Of a stretch of DNA of 32,783 nt, positions 15,163 to 25,164 are shown one piece after another. The first letter of the stretch is position 1, and the number at the start of each line of letters is the position of its first letter. The translations under genes were made by a program, and so were the position numbers. The DNA comes from an uncultured archaeon (GTDB lineage: Archaea; Altiarchaeota; Altiarchaeia; JAFGQM01). A model generated the notes under the pieces. It was given only the letters and a program-made list of their open reading frames with translations. It was not told where the DNA came from and searched no databases. The DNA is taken from NCBI GenBank assembly GCA_964619365.1, contig CAZUDQ010000005.1, forward strand, positions 62,821-95,603, in the 5' to 3' direction.

Positions 15163-17448
15163 TTATTCTCTTATAAGCCTGTAAATCAGATTTCCCTTAA
15201 AAGCAAGTTTTGATTCTGGCATCGCAAAGAAGAATAGACGCTCGCCAAACGGTCCAGAAAGTCCCGCAGGAGTTATTGCCCCATAGTGGTTTAAAGGTTC
15301 GGCTAAGAGAAGCGATGGAGCGCTCCAACCAACAGCATTGCCGGAATGCATGATATATATGCCGTTTCTTGTTTGCGCAGAAGCCGAGTAGACCATAGAC
15401 AGACCAGAGCCGTCATCAAAGACACTAGGGTTTGGAAGAGAACAAAGCGGACAATACGTGCTGCCGTTAAATAGCGGAGCATCATCAAACTCCAGTTCAG
15501 ATACTATCTCAAATTCTTCAGGTGAACTTGTATTAGTCTTTGCTATTGCAACGAATGTAGAACTGTCACCGCGAACGGCATCAAAATAAAGATATATCTC
15601 ATCATCCAAGATTAGTGCAGATGGATTTGCAAGAAGGGTGGTCTCTTCTACGGACAATACGGTCTCGTCCTGTGCACTCATTGTTTGGGAGGGTATTGCA
15701 ATCATCTTTACTTTTTCCCAGTTTTTACCGTCTGTAGAATTGGCAAGGGCTATTATTGCCATATTTTCTACCTGGCCGTCTGTGTCCGGAATTGCGGTAT
15801 AATACATCAGGAGATATTTGTCCCCTGAAGACTCTTCCATTTGTATAATAGTCGGTTCGCCAACATACTCATAGTCATAGCTTCCAGAAGAACCTGTCGA
15901 TAAAACTCGTGTTATATCATTCCAGTATACGCCATCATCTGATTCAGCACGGAAGATTCCGCTTCTAGAATCATATTCACCTGAGAACCACATTACATAA
16001 GAGTAAGTTTCCAAATCATAAATTACGTGGGGTGAACGTATGTCAAGGCCGCTTAAAACCATAAGGCCGCAATCCTCCGGACAGGTCTCTGCAGACTCAA
16101 TTCCATCACATACTGAATTGATAGTGCATGCAGTGCACATTAGTTCTCCGCCAGGGTAGCGTGTACAATCCTCTGTATTATTCCAGAAAAATCCGTTTGT
16201 GGAATCAGTTGTGCAATTAAATGTGTTTTCTCCACATCTGAGTGTCCATCCTAGCATGTTTTCCTGACAGCGCCATTTATTCTCGGGATACCATTTGTAA
16301 TTTGGCCCAAGGCCGCTTATCATAGCACACCTGCTGACGTTGTCCTCGTTTATCACTCCTGCAATCCCTGTCTCAGACCTTAGAATCCCGCAGGGGGTGA
16401 TTTCGCTGCAAGTGCATACATCGGTTCGGACTCCGTTAAGTGTGTAGAATTGTTCATTCTCGTTATCATAATCATCACGGTCTGTTTGTCCGTCACAATC
16501 ATTGTCTATCCCATCATTACATACTTCAAAGCCTGTTGGAAACGGGAAACAATCCACGCATGTTGAAAGCCGCCTGAATGTCTCATCAAGCGATCCTGAG
16601 AAACATAGCCTGTCATCATAAGTCATATATCCATCCCCGTTCAAATCCACACATCTAACATCGGCACCTATCGGCGGGACTCCAGTAAGGTTTATTGCAT
16701 CAAGAATGTCCATTAAATATTCTATGTATGCTGATTCTAATGTGGGCTCACTTGTTAGATAATAACCCATGCACTCTTCAAATGAAGTATCAAAGATATC
16801 ACCCGTATCTGGTATTATTACAAAATCCCCTGGGTAAGTTATGATTATTATTGTTGGGTCGATTTCAGTCTCGTTATCATCAGAATCATTGTCATCAGAA
16901 TCGTTCTCCTGAGTCCATATTGTACCATTGGGTTCTGGCAAAACAGTAGTTGAATTTAGGGCTGCATCCTCGATTACTGAAGTCAGTCCCACACTTGATG
17001 TATTTCCGGAAGGGTCAGTTATACTCAACTCTGCAAAGGGGTCGTAAAAACCAGGTAACTGTGCTTCGTCGCCAGGCATTAAATCTGACTGCCATATGAC
17101 CTCGCCATGTGATGATGTGATTTTAGCAGTATATGTGCCGGATGGCAACTCTGTATTTATCTTGATTTTTGCCGGGCGCGCAGCCTTTTCCCTAGGACAG
17201 TCTTCTATACAATTATAATACGCTTCCCCGGGGTCGCATGTGCCATCACCGCAATAATATTCAGGAGCTGGAATAAGCATCCAAACCACGGCTATTATGA
17301 GCGCAATTGCTATAACAAGAAGAATCTGGGGGGGAATATTGTGGTCATCAAAGAAATCACCAAGCCTTATTGCGTCGGCAAGTTTCCAGGACGCATCAGA
17401 AATGCCTTCAGACGAAAAGGCATATGCGATAGATTCGGAGATTCCCAT
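15163..17448 (-). CDS. Membrane-anchored multidomain surface protein: Cys-rich motifs, dockerin/EF-hand-like, MopE-related motif, C-terminal GH32/GH43-like beta-propeller
   Basis: TM near the N-terminus. CGDGTCDPGE..CIEDC and CDGIESAETCPEDC; DLNGDGYMTYDD; EVCNDGIDNDCDGQTD. Blade motifs SPHVI, AESDDGVYW, EPTII, LMYYTA, ANSTDGKNWEK, NPSAL, NPSVF. ATG 17448 preferred. Confidence 0.75.
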   Translation of the reverse strand: MGISESIAYAFSSEGISDASWKLADAIRLGDFFDDHNIPPQILLVIAIALIIAVVWMLIPAPEYYCGDGTCDPGEAYYNCIEDCPREKAARPAKIKINTELPSGTYTAKITSSHGEVIWQSDLMPGDEAQLPGFYDPFAELSITDPSGNTSSVGLTSVIEDAALNSTTVLPEPNGTIWTQENDSDDNDSDDNETEIDPTIIIITYPGDFVIIPDTGDIFDTSFEECMGYYLTSEPTLESAYIEYLMDILDAINLTGVPPIGADVRCVDLNGDGYMTYDDRLCFSGSLDETFRRLSTCVDCFPFPTGFEVCNDGIDNDCDGQTDRDDYDNENEQFYTLNGVRTDVCTCSEITPCGILRSETGIAGVINEDNVSRCAMISGLGPNYKWYPENKWRCQENMLGWTLRCGENTFNCTTDSTNGFFWNNTEDCTRYPGGELMCTACTINSVCDGIESAETCPEDCGLMVLSGLDIRSPHVIYDLETYSYVMWFSGEYDSRSGIFRAESDDGVYWNDITRVLSTGSSGSYDYEYVGEPTIIQMEESSGDKYLLMYYTAIPDTDGQVENMAIIALANSTDGKNWEKVKMIAIPSQTMSAQDETVLSVEETTLLANPSALILDDEIYLYFDAVRGDSSTFVAIAKTNTSSPEEFEIVSELEFDDAPLFNGSTYCPLCSLPNPSVFDDGSGLSMVYSASAQTRNGIYIMHSGNAVGWSAPSLLLAEPLNHYGAITPAGLSGPFGERLFFFAMPESKLAFKGNLIYRLIRE

Positions 17449-17483
17449 GATAAAATTAACGCAACGCGCAATAAAAGAAGATT

Positions 17484-18038
17484 TTAGTATTTTTTTGTAT
17501 ACCACTCAAAGAGTTTCATAAGGCTTCTTGCTCTGTGTGATACTTTTGCCTTGTACAAAGGATCTTCCCCAAAGGTCGTAGAAAGCCCTTCTGGAATGAA
17601 TATCGGGTCGTACCCAAAGCCTTTTTCTCCCTCTTTTTTTGCAGGGACACTTCCTTTTACTTCACCTTCAAAGGTCTTTACGATTTTGCCGTCAGTAAAT
17701 GCGACGGCAGATTTCATTGAGGCTCCACGTTCAGGGACGTTTCCCATAACGCGCATGACACCGTCAATACCTATCTTCTTAAAGATGAACGCTGAATATG
17801 TTCCTGGAAAACCCTGGAACGCATCTAGGAAAAAGCCTGAGTCCTCAACAATAAGGGGCTTTTTTATGTGTTCGTATGCATCAAGAGCGCTATCTGCTGC
17901 AATCTCTCCGACCTCTTCAGAGCGAATCTCGCGGGCATCATAATCATTCGGGACTATTCTTATATTATAATCCTTTGCGATTTCGCGCGCTTCCATCACC
18001 TTGCCCGGGTTTGTTGTAACAAATATCAGTTCGTCCAT
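17484..18038 (-). CDS. rdgB: RdgB/HAM1 non-canonical purine NTP pyrophosphatase (dITP/XTP)
   Basis: FVTTNPGK..E, VEDSG, GFPGTYS, GFGYDPIF, K..VSHR. ATG at 18038. Confidence 0.95.
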   Translation of the reverse strand: MDELIFVTTNPGKVMEAREIAKDYNIRIVPNDYDAREIRSEEVGEIAADSALDAYEHIKKPLIVEDSGFFLDAFQGFPGTYSAFIFKKIGIDGVMRVMGNVPERGASMKSAVAFTDGKIVKTFEGEVKGSVPAKKEGEKGFGYDPIFIPEGLSTTFGEDPLYKAKVSHRARSLMKLFEWYTKKY

Positions 18039-18223
18039 TTCAGTATTTGGATAGTTAGGGGGGACAATAATAAAAGTCTGGTGAGACACGCCTTTTTTTC
18101 ATTATTAAAACATTTATGTGCAAGTGGGGACATCTCACTTTTTAAAGCCAATAAGCAAACATACATGATATATTTGCCCTTATGGGCACTTGTATTATGT
18201 CTTAAACCAAATTAAGAGCTAAT

Positions 18224-19150
18224 ATGAAGTACAAACACTTATTTGGACCGGTGCCATCAAGACGGCTTGGCGTGTCACTTGGAATAGACCTTGTCCCATT
18301 TAAAACCTGCACACTAAATTGTGTATATTGTGAGTGTGGGCGGACAACAAACCTAACTCTTGAGCGAAAAGAATATGTCCCATTAGCTGAGATTTTGGCT
18401 GAACTGGACGATTACTTAAAAGGCGCACCAGACTTGGATTATATCACGTTTTCAGGGTCTGGAGAACCAACACTCCACACAGGGATAAAAAGTATCATAG
18501 AGTTTTTGAAAAAGAATTATCCAAAGTATAAAATAGCCTTGCTTACAAATGGGACTCTTCTCCATGACAAAAAGGTTAGAGATGAATTTATGGGTGCTGA
18601 TTTGATACTCCCTTCACTTGACGCAGCTTCAGAAAATGCATTTAAAAGTGTTAACCGGCCACACAAGAATCTGTCCTTAGACGAGATGATGAATGGACTT
18701 ATCAAGCTCAGGGGGGAGTTTAAAGGTGCAATCTGGCTAGAGATTTTTATAATTCCTGGGATAAACGACTCAGATGCTGAAATAGAACTTCTAAAAGAAA
18801 ACATCGATAAAATAAAACCAGATAAAATACAGATAAACACCCTAGACCGGCCAGGAACAGAAAGCTGGGTTATGCCTGCAGAAAAGTGCGAGCTCGAGAA
18901 AATCGCATCGAGATTGGGAGGTGAAATAATCGCTAATTTTGACTCAAGAAAAATTATTAAAAGCTTTAGTAAAGATGTCGAAGCAGAAATACTTGCAACA
19001 ATCACAAGAAGGCCATGCACCTCTCAAGACTTATCAAGGATACTGGGCTTGCACCTAAATGAGATTAATAAGTATTTACAAGTACTTTTGGAATCTAATA
19101 GAATATATAGCGAGGAAGAAACCCGTGGGAGATTCTTCAGAATAAAATAA
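18224..19150 (+). CDS. Radical SAM Fe-S oxidoreductase (COG0731-like) with probable C-terminal winged HTH
   Basis: FGPVPSRRLG.SLGIDL, CTLNCVYCECG, TFSGSGEPTLH, LLTNG, SLDA, NTLDRP. Confidence 0.9.
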   Translation: MKYKHLFGPVPSRRLGVSLGIDLVPFKTCTLNCVYCECGRTTNLTLERKEYVPLAEILAELDDYLKGAPDLDYITFSGSGEPTLHTGIKSIIEFLKKNYPKYKIALLTNGTLLHDKKVRDEFMGADLILPSLDAASENAFKSVNRPHKNLSLDEMMNGLIKLRGEFKGAIWLEIFIIPGINDSDAEIELLKENIDKIKPDKIQINTLDRPGTESWVMPAEKCELEKIASRLGGEIIANFDSRKIIKSFSKDVEAEILATITRRPCTSQDLSRILGLHLNEINKYLQVLLESNRIYSEEETRGRFFRIK

Positions 19151-19160
19151 TCAATACAAA

Positions 19161-19535
19161 ATGACAAAAATACCTAAGGAAGTAACGGAATCTATGAAAA
19201 AAGCGGAGGTTTTTGTTTTGGCGACCTCAAACAAAGAATCTGTGAATAACGTAGTCTATATAGGTTATATGAAAGCTCTTGATGACGAGACTGTTTTAAT
19301 AGCGGACAATAAGATGGTCAAGACACTAAGTAACATTCTTGAGAACCCAAAGGCATCTTTTACATTTAGGGATGATAAGGTTGGCGCATACCAGATAAAG
19401 GGGACTGTCAAATATCATACGGATGACGAGTACCACGAAGATGTTAAAAACTGGTGTAAACCACATCTCGCTAGGAAAGGCGCTATAGTAATGCATGTTG
19501 AGGAAGTTTATAACGGAGCAAAAAAACTTGCCTAA
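19161..19535 (+). CDS. Pyridoxamine 5'-phosphate oxidase-like FMN-binding protein
   Basis: LATS, IADNKMVKT..NILENP, YQIKG, VEEVY. Confidence 0.85.
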   Translation: MTKIPKEVTESMKKAEVFVLATSNKESVNNVVYIGYMKALDDETVLIADNKMVKTLSNILENPKASFTFRDDKVGAYQIKGTVKYHTDDEYHEDVKNWCKPHLARKGAIVMHVEEVYNGAKKLA

Positions 19536-19751
19536 AATAGGCATACTGGGTAAGTCTCTAAATAGTACATTTTATTTTAAAACTAGATTTTGCGGGAATT
19601 GGAAAATGTTAAGGCTTGCGTGTCTCTTTGTGCTGTTTTTGTATGATTTTTTGACCGAAAAGCTTTTTTCTCTTTCTTCTCAAAATATAGGTCCCCCATT
19701 TAAAGCTTGTCCCAATGCTTAAAAAAAGGCTTTACTCGTGGATTTTTTGAA

Positions 19752-20732
19752 ATGGAAAGCGAAGAAGTTAAACAGAGTACCCCAGAGACCAAAGACTCAA
19801 GTCTTTGTCCGGATTGTGGGGGAAGATTATTTAGGGATTATAAGCACGCAGAGATTGTTTGTTCAAAATGTGGCCTTGTAGTTGATGCCGACATTGCCGA
19901 CCTTGGTGCTGAAACAAGAAGTTTTGATTCTGAGTCCTGGCTTAAGAAAACAAGGACGGGAAGCCCAATGACTTATACTAAGCCGCACAAGGGGCTGACA
20001 ACTGAGATTGATAAGTACGACCGCGATATTCGTGGCGGTACAGTCTCAAAAGAGGCAAGAAAGCGCATGTATCGTATGAGGAAATGGCAAAGAAGAATCA
20101 ATGTATCATCTTCGGTCGAAAAAGATATTATCCCGGCACTTAATGAAATATCACGTGAACTTTCTGAGCTTGGTCTTCCAATATCAATGAAGGAAGACGC
20201 GGCAATCATGTACAGGAAGATTTGTAATAAAGGACTTGTGCGTGGAAGGAGTATCGAGGCGATAATTGCCGCGATAACATATATTCTTTGCCGTGACAGA
20301 AACATCCCGCGAACTCTTGGTGAGATTGCTGATGTCTCAGGAATCGACTCAAAGGACGTCGGAAAGACTTACAGATATGTTGCACGTCACCTAAAGCTAA
20401 AGGTTCCGCCGACAACACCTGCTGATTACCTGCCCAAGTTTGCAAACAAAATCGATTTACCGAATTTTGTGGTTGATAAGGCTATTGAGATAATAACCGA
20501 CGCTAAAAAGCAGGGTCTGACTTCAGGGCGCGCTCCGGCCGGTGTTGCCGCAGCAGTTCTCTACATTGCAGCAGACATTTATGATATGCAAAAGACGCAA
20601 AAGGAGATTGCCGATGCTGCGAGTGTAACTGAGGTTACCGTTAGAAACCGTCACCGCGAGCTTGAGGAAAAAATGGACCTTTATAAGTACAAAGAAGAGG
20701 TCATAAAAGAAAGAAAGGCAAGGGGAGAATAA
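19752..20732 (+). CDS. tfb: Transcription initiation factor IIB (TFB)
   Basis: Zinc ribbon CPDC..CSKCG, RTGSP, RMRKWQRR, two cyclin repeats (RGRSIE, PRTL.EIA, SGRAPAGVAAA, VTEVTVRNR). ATG at 19752. Confidence 0.96.
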   Translation: MESEEVKQSTPETKDSSLCPDCGGRLFRDYKHAEIVCSKCGLVVDADIADLGAETRSFDSESWLKKTRTGSPMTYTKPHKGLTTEIDKYDRDIRGGTVSKEARKRMYRMRKWQRRINVSSSVEKDIIPALNEISRELSELGLPISMKEDAAIMYRKICNKGLVRGRSIEAIIAAITYILCRDRNIPRTLGEIADVSGIDSKDVGKTYRYVARHLKLKVPPTTPADYLPKFANKIDLPNFVVDKAIEIITDAKKQGLTSGRAPAGVAAAVLYIAADIYDMQKTQKEIADAASVTEVTVRNRHRELEEKMDLYKYKEEVIKERKARGE

Positions 20733-20737
20733 ACTAA

Positions 20738-22639
20738 TTATTCTTCTTTTTTGCCAAAGAATTTCTCAAGGTATAGCTCAGGAATCTCAGTTGATATCGG
20801 GCGAAAGTCCTTAGGCATGCATTTCTGGTAATTTTTCCACATGAAACGATCATCCATTAGGATTATTGCTCCACGGTCCGTTTCGCTTCTTATGCATCGC
20901 CCTGCCGCCTGAAGGCTCTTGTTCATTGCAGGATAAGTATATCCATAATCCCATCCTTTGGAAAATTGCACATCATAATATTTTATGAGGGACTCAACTT
21001 CAAGAGTGGGGCGCTCCAAAGGCACGCCAACAATAAAACACGCATCAAGCATACGCCCGGGAAAGTCCATCCCTTCTGAAAAACTGCCTGCCTGTACTGC
21101 AAAAAGTACCGCGCCGCCTCGCTCGCCAAGCTCAGCCATGCGCTCATGTACCTTAAACCTTTCATTTTTCCCCATCCCCTGACGTTCAATAATCTTTTCT
21201 TTTATCCCGCAATTCACTCGGGGCTCTATCTGCTCTAAAATCCCATATGATGGGACAAATACCGCAGAATTCCCTGGGATAAGCTTTATCATGCGCGAAA
21301 TCTTATCGGCATACTTCTGCCACATCGCATCACCACGGTTGCTGTATTTTGTCGTAACACCCTTTATTGAAAGGACAAGTCTGTTCTCTTTTGGAAAGGG
21401 ATTATCATACTGTTTTAGTATTGGCGAATTTGCTCCAAGAATCTTTGCGTACATCTCAAGTGGGAGAAGAGTTCCTGACATGAGGATTGTGCTATGCGCC
21501 CGTGCGAGTACCTCGCTTGTGTATATCCCGGAATCAAGGCATTTTAAGGATAAGCGATATCTTTTCCCACTCTGTGAGTTATATGCGTCAAGAACGCGAA
21601 CGTATGCCTCCTCCTCGCGTTTTTCTGCCCACTCTGATAGGAAGGCTGCAACAGACAAAGCAAAGCTCCTTGTTCGGTTTGGCAGTTCAAGAACCTCTTC
21701 AGAAAGCGCCTCAAGTTCTTCGGCGAATGTTTCGATTGCGGCCATGCATTCTTTTTCCACCAAGGAAACAAATTTCTCCTTGACGCAGACCTCTTCAAAC
21801 GAGTTCATCTTCTGGCCCAATGCGACTACCGAATCAAGTATACTTTGTAAATCAGATTCTATTCGCTCGTGGCCTATTGCCTTTGCTTCACGCGCGGCTT
21901 GTGTAAGATAGTACTCTGAAAGATTTGTGCTCATAAGGCTCCTTATGCGGTCTGGCAAGTTATGAGCCTCATCAACTATTATTACGCAGTCTTCTAAGGA
22001 TTTGCCAGCCTTGCTTAGAAGTGTCTTTCTGATATCGGGATGGAACATATGGTAATAATCGCAGATAATAACATTTGCACCTTTTGCAGCGGCCGTTGAG
22101 ACTTCATATGGGCAGACACCAAGATCCTTACATAAGACAAATGCATTTTCAGAGTGCATCGGACCCCTCTCTTTTAAACGGGCGACCGCGCGCTTAGCAT
22201 CATCAGTAAGACCGTTTGTCTTGCCAAAATAGGTATGATTCCTAAACCTGCAGGTCCTATTATCCTTATGGCTCTTGCAGAAGAAGTTGAATTCAGAAGG
22301 GTTTAGTTCTGCTGCGGCAGGATATAGACAGGTCCATTGCTTACCTATCATGTCAACACAGTGTATCTTTTTTTTGTGCTTTTTTGACATTAAGGAAAGG
22401 GTCTCAATCGCAATCTTGTGCTGACTGTGTTTTGGTGTCACAAAAAAAACAGTCTTTCCCGATTCCAGCGCGTATAATAAAGCAGGTGCAAGAACGGCTG
22501 CGGTCTTTCCTATGCCTGTTGGTGCGTGACAAAATAGCGTCTGACCGTCTTTTACCGCGTTTTGAACGTCCCCTATCATCTTTTCCTGTTCATCACGGAC
22601 AGAATCAAACGGGAACATAGTCTTATCTAGAATATCCAT
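20738..22639 (-). CDS. xpd: XPD/Rad3/DinG-family Fe-S DNA helicase
   Basis: Q-motif RDEQ, APTGIGKT, Fe-S Cys including CPYE, IIVDEAHNL, MSGTL, FVPSY, SEGMDF, QAAGRCIRSETDRG. Confidence 0.92.
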   Translation of the reverse strand: MDILDKTMFPFDSVRDEQEKMIGDVQNAVKDGQTLFCHAPTGIGKTAAVLAPALLYALESGKTVFFVTPKHSQHKIAIETLSLMSKKHKKKIHCVDMIGKQWTCLYPAAAELNPSEFNFFCKSHKDNRTCRFRNHTYFGKTNGLTDDAKRAVARLKERGPMHSENAFVLCKDLGVCPYEVSTAAAKGANVIICDYYHMFHPDIRKTLLSKAGKSLEDCVIIVDEAHNLPDRIRSLMSTNLSEYYLTQAAREAKAIGHERIESDLQSILDSVVALGQKMNSFEEVCVKEKFVSLVEKECMAAIETFAEELEALSEEVLELPNRTRSFALSVAAFLSEWAEKREEEAYVRVLDAYNSQSGKRYRLSLKCLDSGIYTSEVLARAHSTILMSGTLLPLEMYAKILGANSPILKQYDNPFPKENRLVLSIKGVTTKYSNRGDAMWQKYADKISRMIKLIPGNSAVFVPSYGILEQIEPRVNCGIKEKIIERQGMGKNERFKVHERMAELGERGGAVLFAVQAGSFSEGMDFPGRMLDACFIVGVPLERPTLEVESLIKYYDVQFSKGWDYGYTYPAMNKSLQAAGRCIRSETDRGAIILMDDRFMWKNYQKCMPKDFRPISTEIPELYLEKFFGKKEE

Positions 22640-24276
22640 AACAAGATGACAAAAAAGACTAACAGGAGTATAAGGAGAAGGGGGATCACTCTTGCCATAA
22701 CTGCAATCAGTGTTGTCAGCATGTAATAAGTCTCACCAAGTATTTTGACGTTGGAAAGATTTGTCTTAAAGTATGTGAACTCAATGGGGCCTATTGCACG
22801 TTCTGCTGCAAGTATGGTCTTTTCAATCAATTTTTTTGGTATCTGCTTGCGCTCAATCAGTACACTTATCTCGAATGAATGCGTATCGGTGCTAAAATAA
22901 AGTACTTCATCAATCCCTATCTTTTTTGCTACGGCTTCAATACTGCGCCTTTCTCCAGGTTCGACACCATTTGTATCCTCAATGAAATAAAGGGTCTTTT
23001 TGCCTTTGACTTCTATTATAAATGAGAACAAACTAGTCTCCTCTGTCTTTTCGATTGCCGCACCAAACTTAGCTAAAGACATCCTTGCGCGACCAAGTTC
23101 CTTTATTGCGTCATCAACCAGGCTCTCGATTGTTCTCGCATCATTACTAAGCGCATGTACATCACGACACGCCTTCATTGGGACATTGGGATGTGAGTCT
23201 ATGAAAATGACATCCTTTCTTTCGTACTTGCGCTTAAGAGCATCAAAGAGATTGATATCGTAATCGTCAACATCCGGATTTGAAAGAGATACTAAGTAGG
23301 TATCGTTTAATCTCTGCGCTTTTGCGATAAAACCCTTCTTTTTAATTGTCACGATATCTGATGCCCTCAAAGGCGAATACTTTTTAGGCTCGATTGCTGC
23401 CATTACCTTTGGGACGACGTTTCCTGAGGGATTATATTCGTGACTGCTTGGAACGTGCAAGAAATATGATGCACCAAACTTCTTGTTAAGCTCTTCAATA
23501 CAGCGCGTACTAAGATTGCCCCCACCTATGCTTCGTATGGGGCCTGAATGAAGCCATGGAGCAGCGATTATATGTTTTTCCTTGCCCTTAAAGGCCATCA
23601 CCTGCAAAAGCGGGTTTATCTCATGACCCATCTTAAGTGTGACTTGTTCCCCTCTTATGCCTTTTAAGAAATTAGAAAATTCATCAAGTCCTGAGAAGCC
23701 CTTGAATACTGCGGAAAAAAGCTTGTTGCTAAATACCAGAACACCTGTAGAGAGTATTAATGATAAGAAAAGTATTGTTAAGGGAGCTAGGGGGTCAGGT
23801 ATCTGAACTGCAAGAGTACTTATTATAATGAGCCACATGAGTGCAGGCTGCAAGAGTGCCAAAAGTATGCTTTTAGCTCCGATTCCTGTCGAACCAACGC
23901 CAGTTAGAGCAAGTATCCAAAGAGTATATGCTATGGCGCTCCAAAGAACAAGAGAATCAAGAAAGCTTATTTCTGGGAAAAATCTTGAAAGCACAAGTAC
24001 CAAAACTAGAATTCCAAGATTTACTAAAACAAGTATAACTGTCCAATTAATCTTAAAGCCCTTTACTGCAATCCGTATACTAAATGCCGCGATAAAACTT
24101 GAAAGTATGACGAGCCCTGCAAACATCCAGGGAGTTATCAGGAGCGCTGGTTCCAGCAAGTATCCTGAAGCAAGACCAATAACTGAGCCTATAACTAAAA
24201 CCAGAAATACTACCGGCCAGATTGACGGACTTTTTGCCCCGACAAACTTTAATCTACTAAACGAGCGGACATCCAT
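22627..24276 (-). CDS. DUF2070 family membrane protein (predicted lipid hydrolase, neutral ceramidase-like)
   Basis: About 6 N-terminal TMs plus a C-terminal TM. HSGP..IGGG.L, HVPSSHEYNP, IDSH, TDTH motifs. Confidence 0.8.
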   Translation of the reverse strand: MDVRSFSRLKFVGAKSPSIWPVVFLVLVIGSVIGLASGYLLEPALLITPWMFAGLVILSSFIAAFSIRIAVKGFKINWTVILVLVNLGILVLVLVLSRFFPEISFLDSLVLWSAIAYTLWILALTGVGSTGIGAKSILLALLQPALMWLIIISTLAVQIPDPLAPLTILFLSLILSTGVLVFSNKLFSAVFKGFSGLDEFSNFLKGIRGEQVTLKMGHEINPLLQVMAFKGKEKHIIAAPWLHSGPIRSIGGGNLSTRCIEELNKKFGASYFLHVPSSHEYNPSGNVVPKVMAAIEPKKYSPLRASDIVTIKKKGFIAKAQRLNDTYLVSLSNPDVDDYDINLFDALKRKYERKDVIFIDSHPNVPMKACRDVHALSNDARTIESLVDDAIKELGRARMSLAKFGAAIEKTEETSLFSFIIEVKGKKTLYFIEDTNGVEPGERRSIEAVAKKIGIDEVLYFSTDTHSFEISVLIERKQIPKKLIEKTILAAERAIGPIEFTYFKTNLSNVKILGETYYMLTTLIAVMARVIPLLLILLLVFFVILLWIF

Positions 24277-24333
24277 TGTTAAGACGCTTATTTGAGGGCT
24301 AAGTAATTAAAATAAATAATGCCCATTTAGAAC

Positions 24334-25134
24334 TTACTTACGTCTTCTTTGCTTGGGTTTTTTTGGAAGCCGCATATTCTGCTTCTTGGGACTTATCTTC
24401 TTAACAGGAATTCGCTTTGGTATGAGAACTGTTGGTTCAGGTACTGTTTTATGGGTCCCACTTATTGCTGTCGGACGCAAACTCTTTTTCATTCCACCAT
24501 AAATAGAATGCTCGCGTATCCTACGAACGTCCCACGAAGAAGACTTATACCTATTAAAATCTCGCATCATACTTTTGACTCCCTCAGGGTTTGTAGTGGC
24601 ATGTCGTCCTGCAGCCTCATAGATACTTGCTGCTTTTTCCATCCCCTTAGCGCGCATTCGTTTAGCATTGGTTTGGAGTCTTGAGGCGACTCCTTCCCCA
24701 TCTACGAATTGTGAGACATTTAACAAATTATGAGTTGTCGCTATAAATGATTTACTTCCAAGATGTTCGGGATTGCCTGCAATTGCCGAAATAGTCCTTG
24801 CGTGCTTGTTAATTATGTGTGCAGGTGCTTTGGAAAGCTTTTTTGAAAGTACTGCGCGATCAAATTCGTGTGAACGTGGTAATTCATAGGGACTTATTAC
24901 TGATGCCTGCGTAAGTTCGTGTTTTAACTTAAGATCTGCTTGTGTGTTTCTTGCTTGATTCCATTTTACTGCTCCAAATGTAGCACCTGCAAGCAAAGTT
25001 GCGCTAATACCTATAACAGCACCGCCCCTCGCCAGACTACGCCGCCTAGCTTTTTCTCTAGCTGCATTTGTTTTACTTAGTTCCTGAAGCTCCTTTTCGC
25101 TCCTGAATCTTGTGATGGGTGGGCCTTTTTCCAT
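24334..25134 (-). CDS. Basic orphan protein, one N-terminal hydrophobic helix, K/R/P-rich tail
   Basis: 266-aa ORF with ATG. Ends PKKPKQRRRK. TATA-like sequence upstream. Confidence 0.7.
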   Translation of the reverse strand: MEKGPPITRFRSEKELQELSKTNAAREKARRRSLARGGAVIGISATLLAGATFGAVKWNQARNTQADLKLKHELTQASVISPYELPRSHEFDRAVLSKKLSKAPAHIINKHARTISAIAGNPEHLGSKSFIATTHNLLNVSQFVDGEGVASRLQTNAKRMRAKGMEKAASIYEAAGRHATTNPEGVKSMMRDFNRYKSSSWDVRRIREHSIYGGMKKSLRPTAISGTHKTVPEPTVLIPKRIPVKKISPKKQNMRLPKKPKQRRRK

Positions 25135-25164
25135 ATTTAATTAATCCTTTAAAAGATAAAAAAG

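Noticed and set aside
16866-16908. Short duplication encoding NDSDDNDSDDNE
   Set aside because: A low-complexity linker inside the surface protein, not an independent element.
18224-19150. Radical SAM gene as Taw1/TYW1 wyosine synthase
   Set aside because: Lacks the N-terminal auxiliary-cluster Cys motifs and CxxxCxFCWR of Taw1. It belongs to the related GPVPSRRLG family.
21291-21911. 206-aa plus-strand ORF and similar long antisense ORFs (e.g. 18517-19020, 23828-24295, 26854-27303)
   Set aside because: Ser-rich antisense shadows of strongly supported genes, with no motifs.
25000-25060. Tat signal (ARRRSL) in the 266-aa orphan
   Set aside because: Poor match to S/T-R-R-x-F-L-K and no evidence for Tat machinery in the window.
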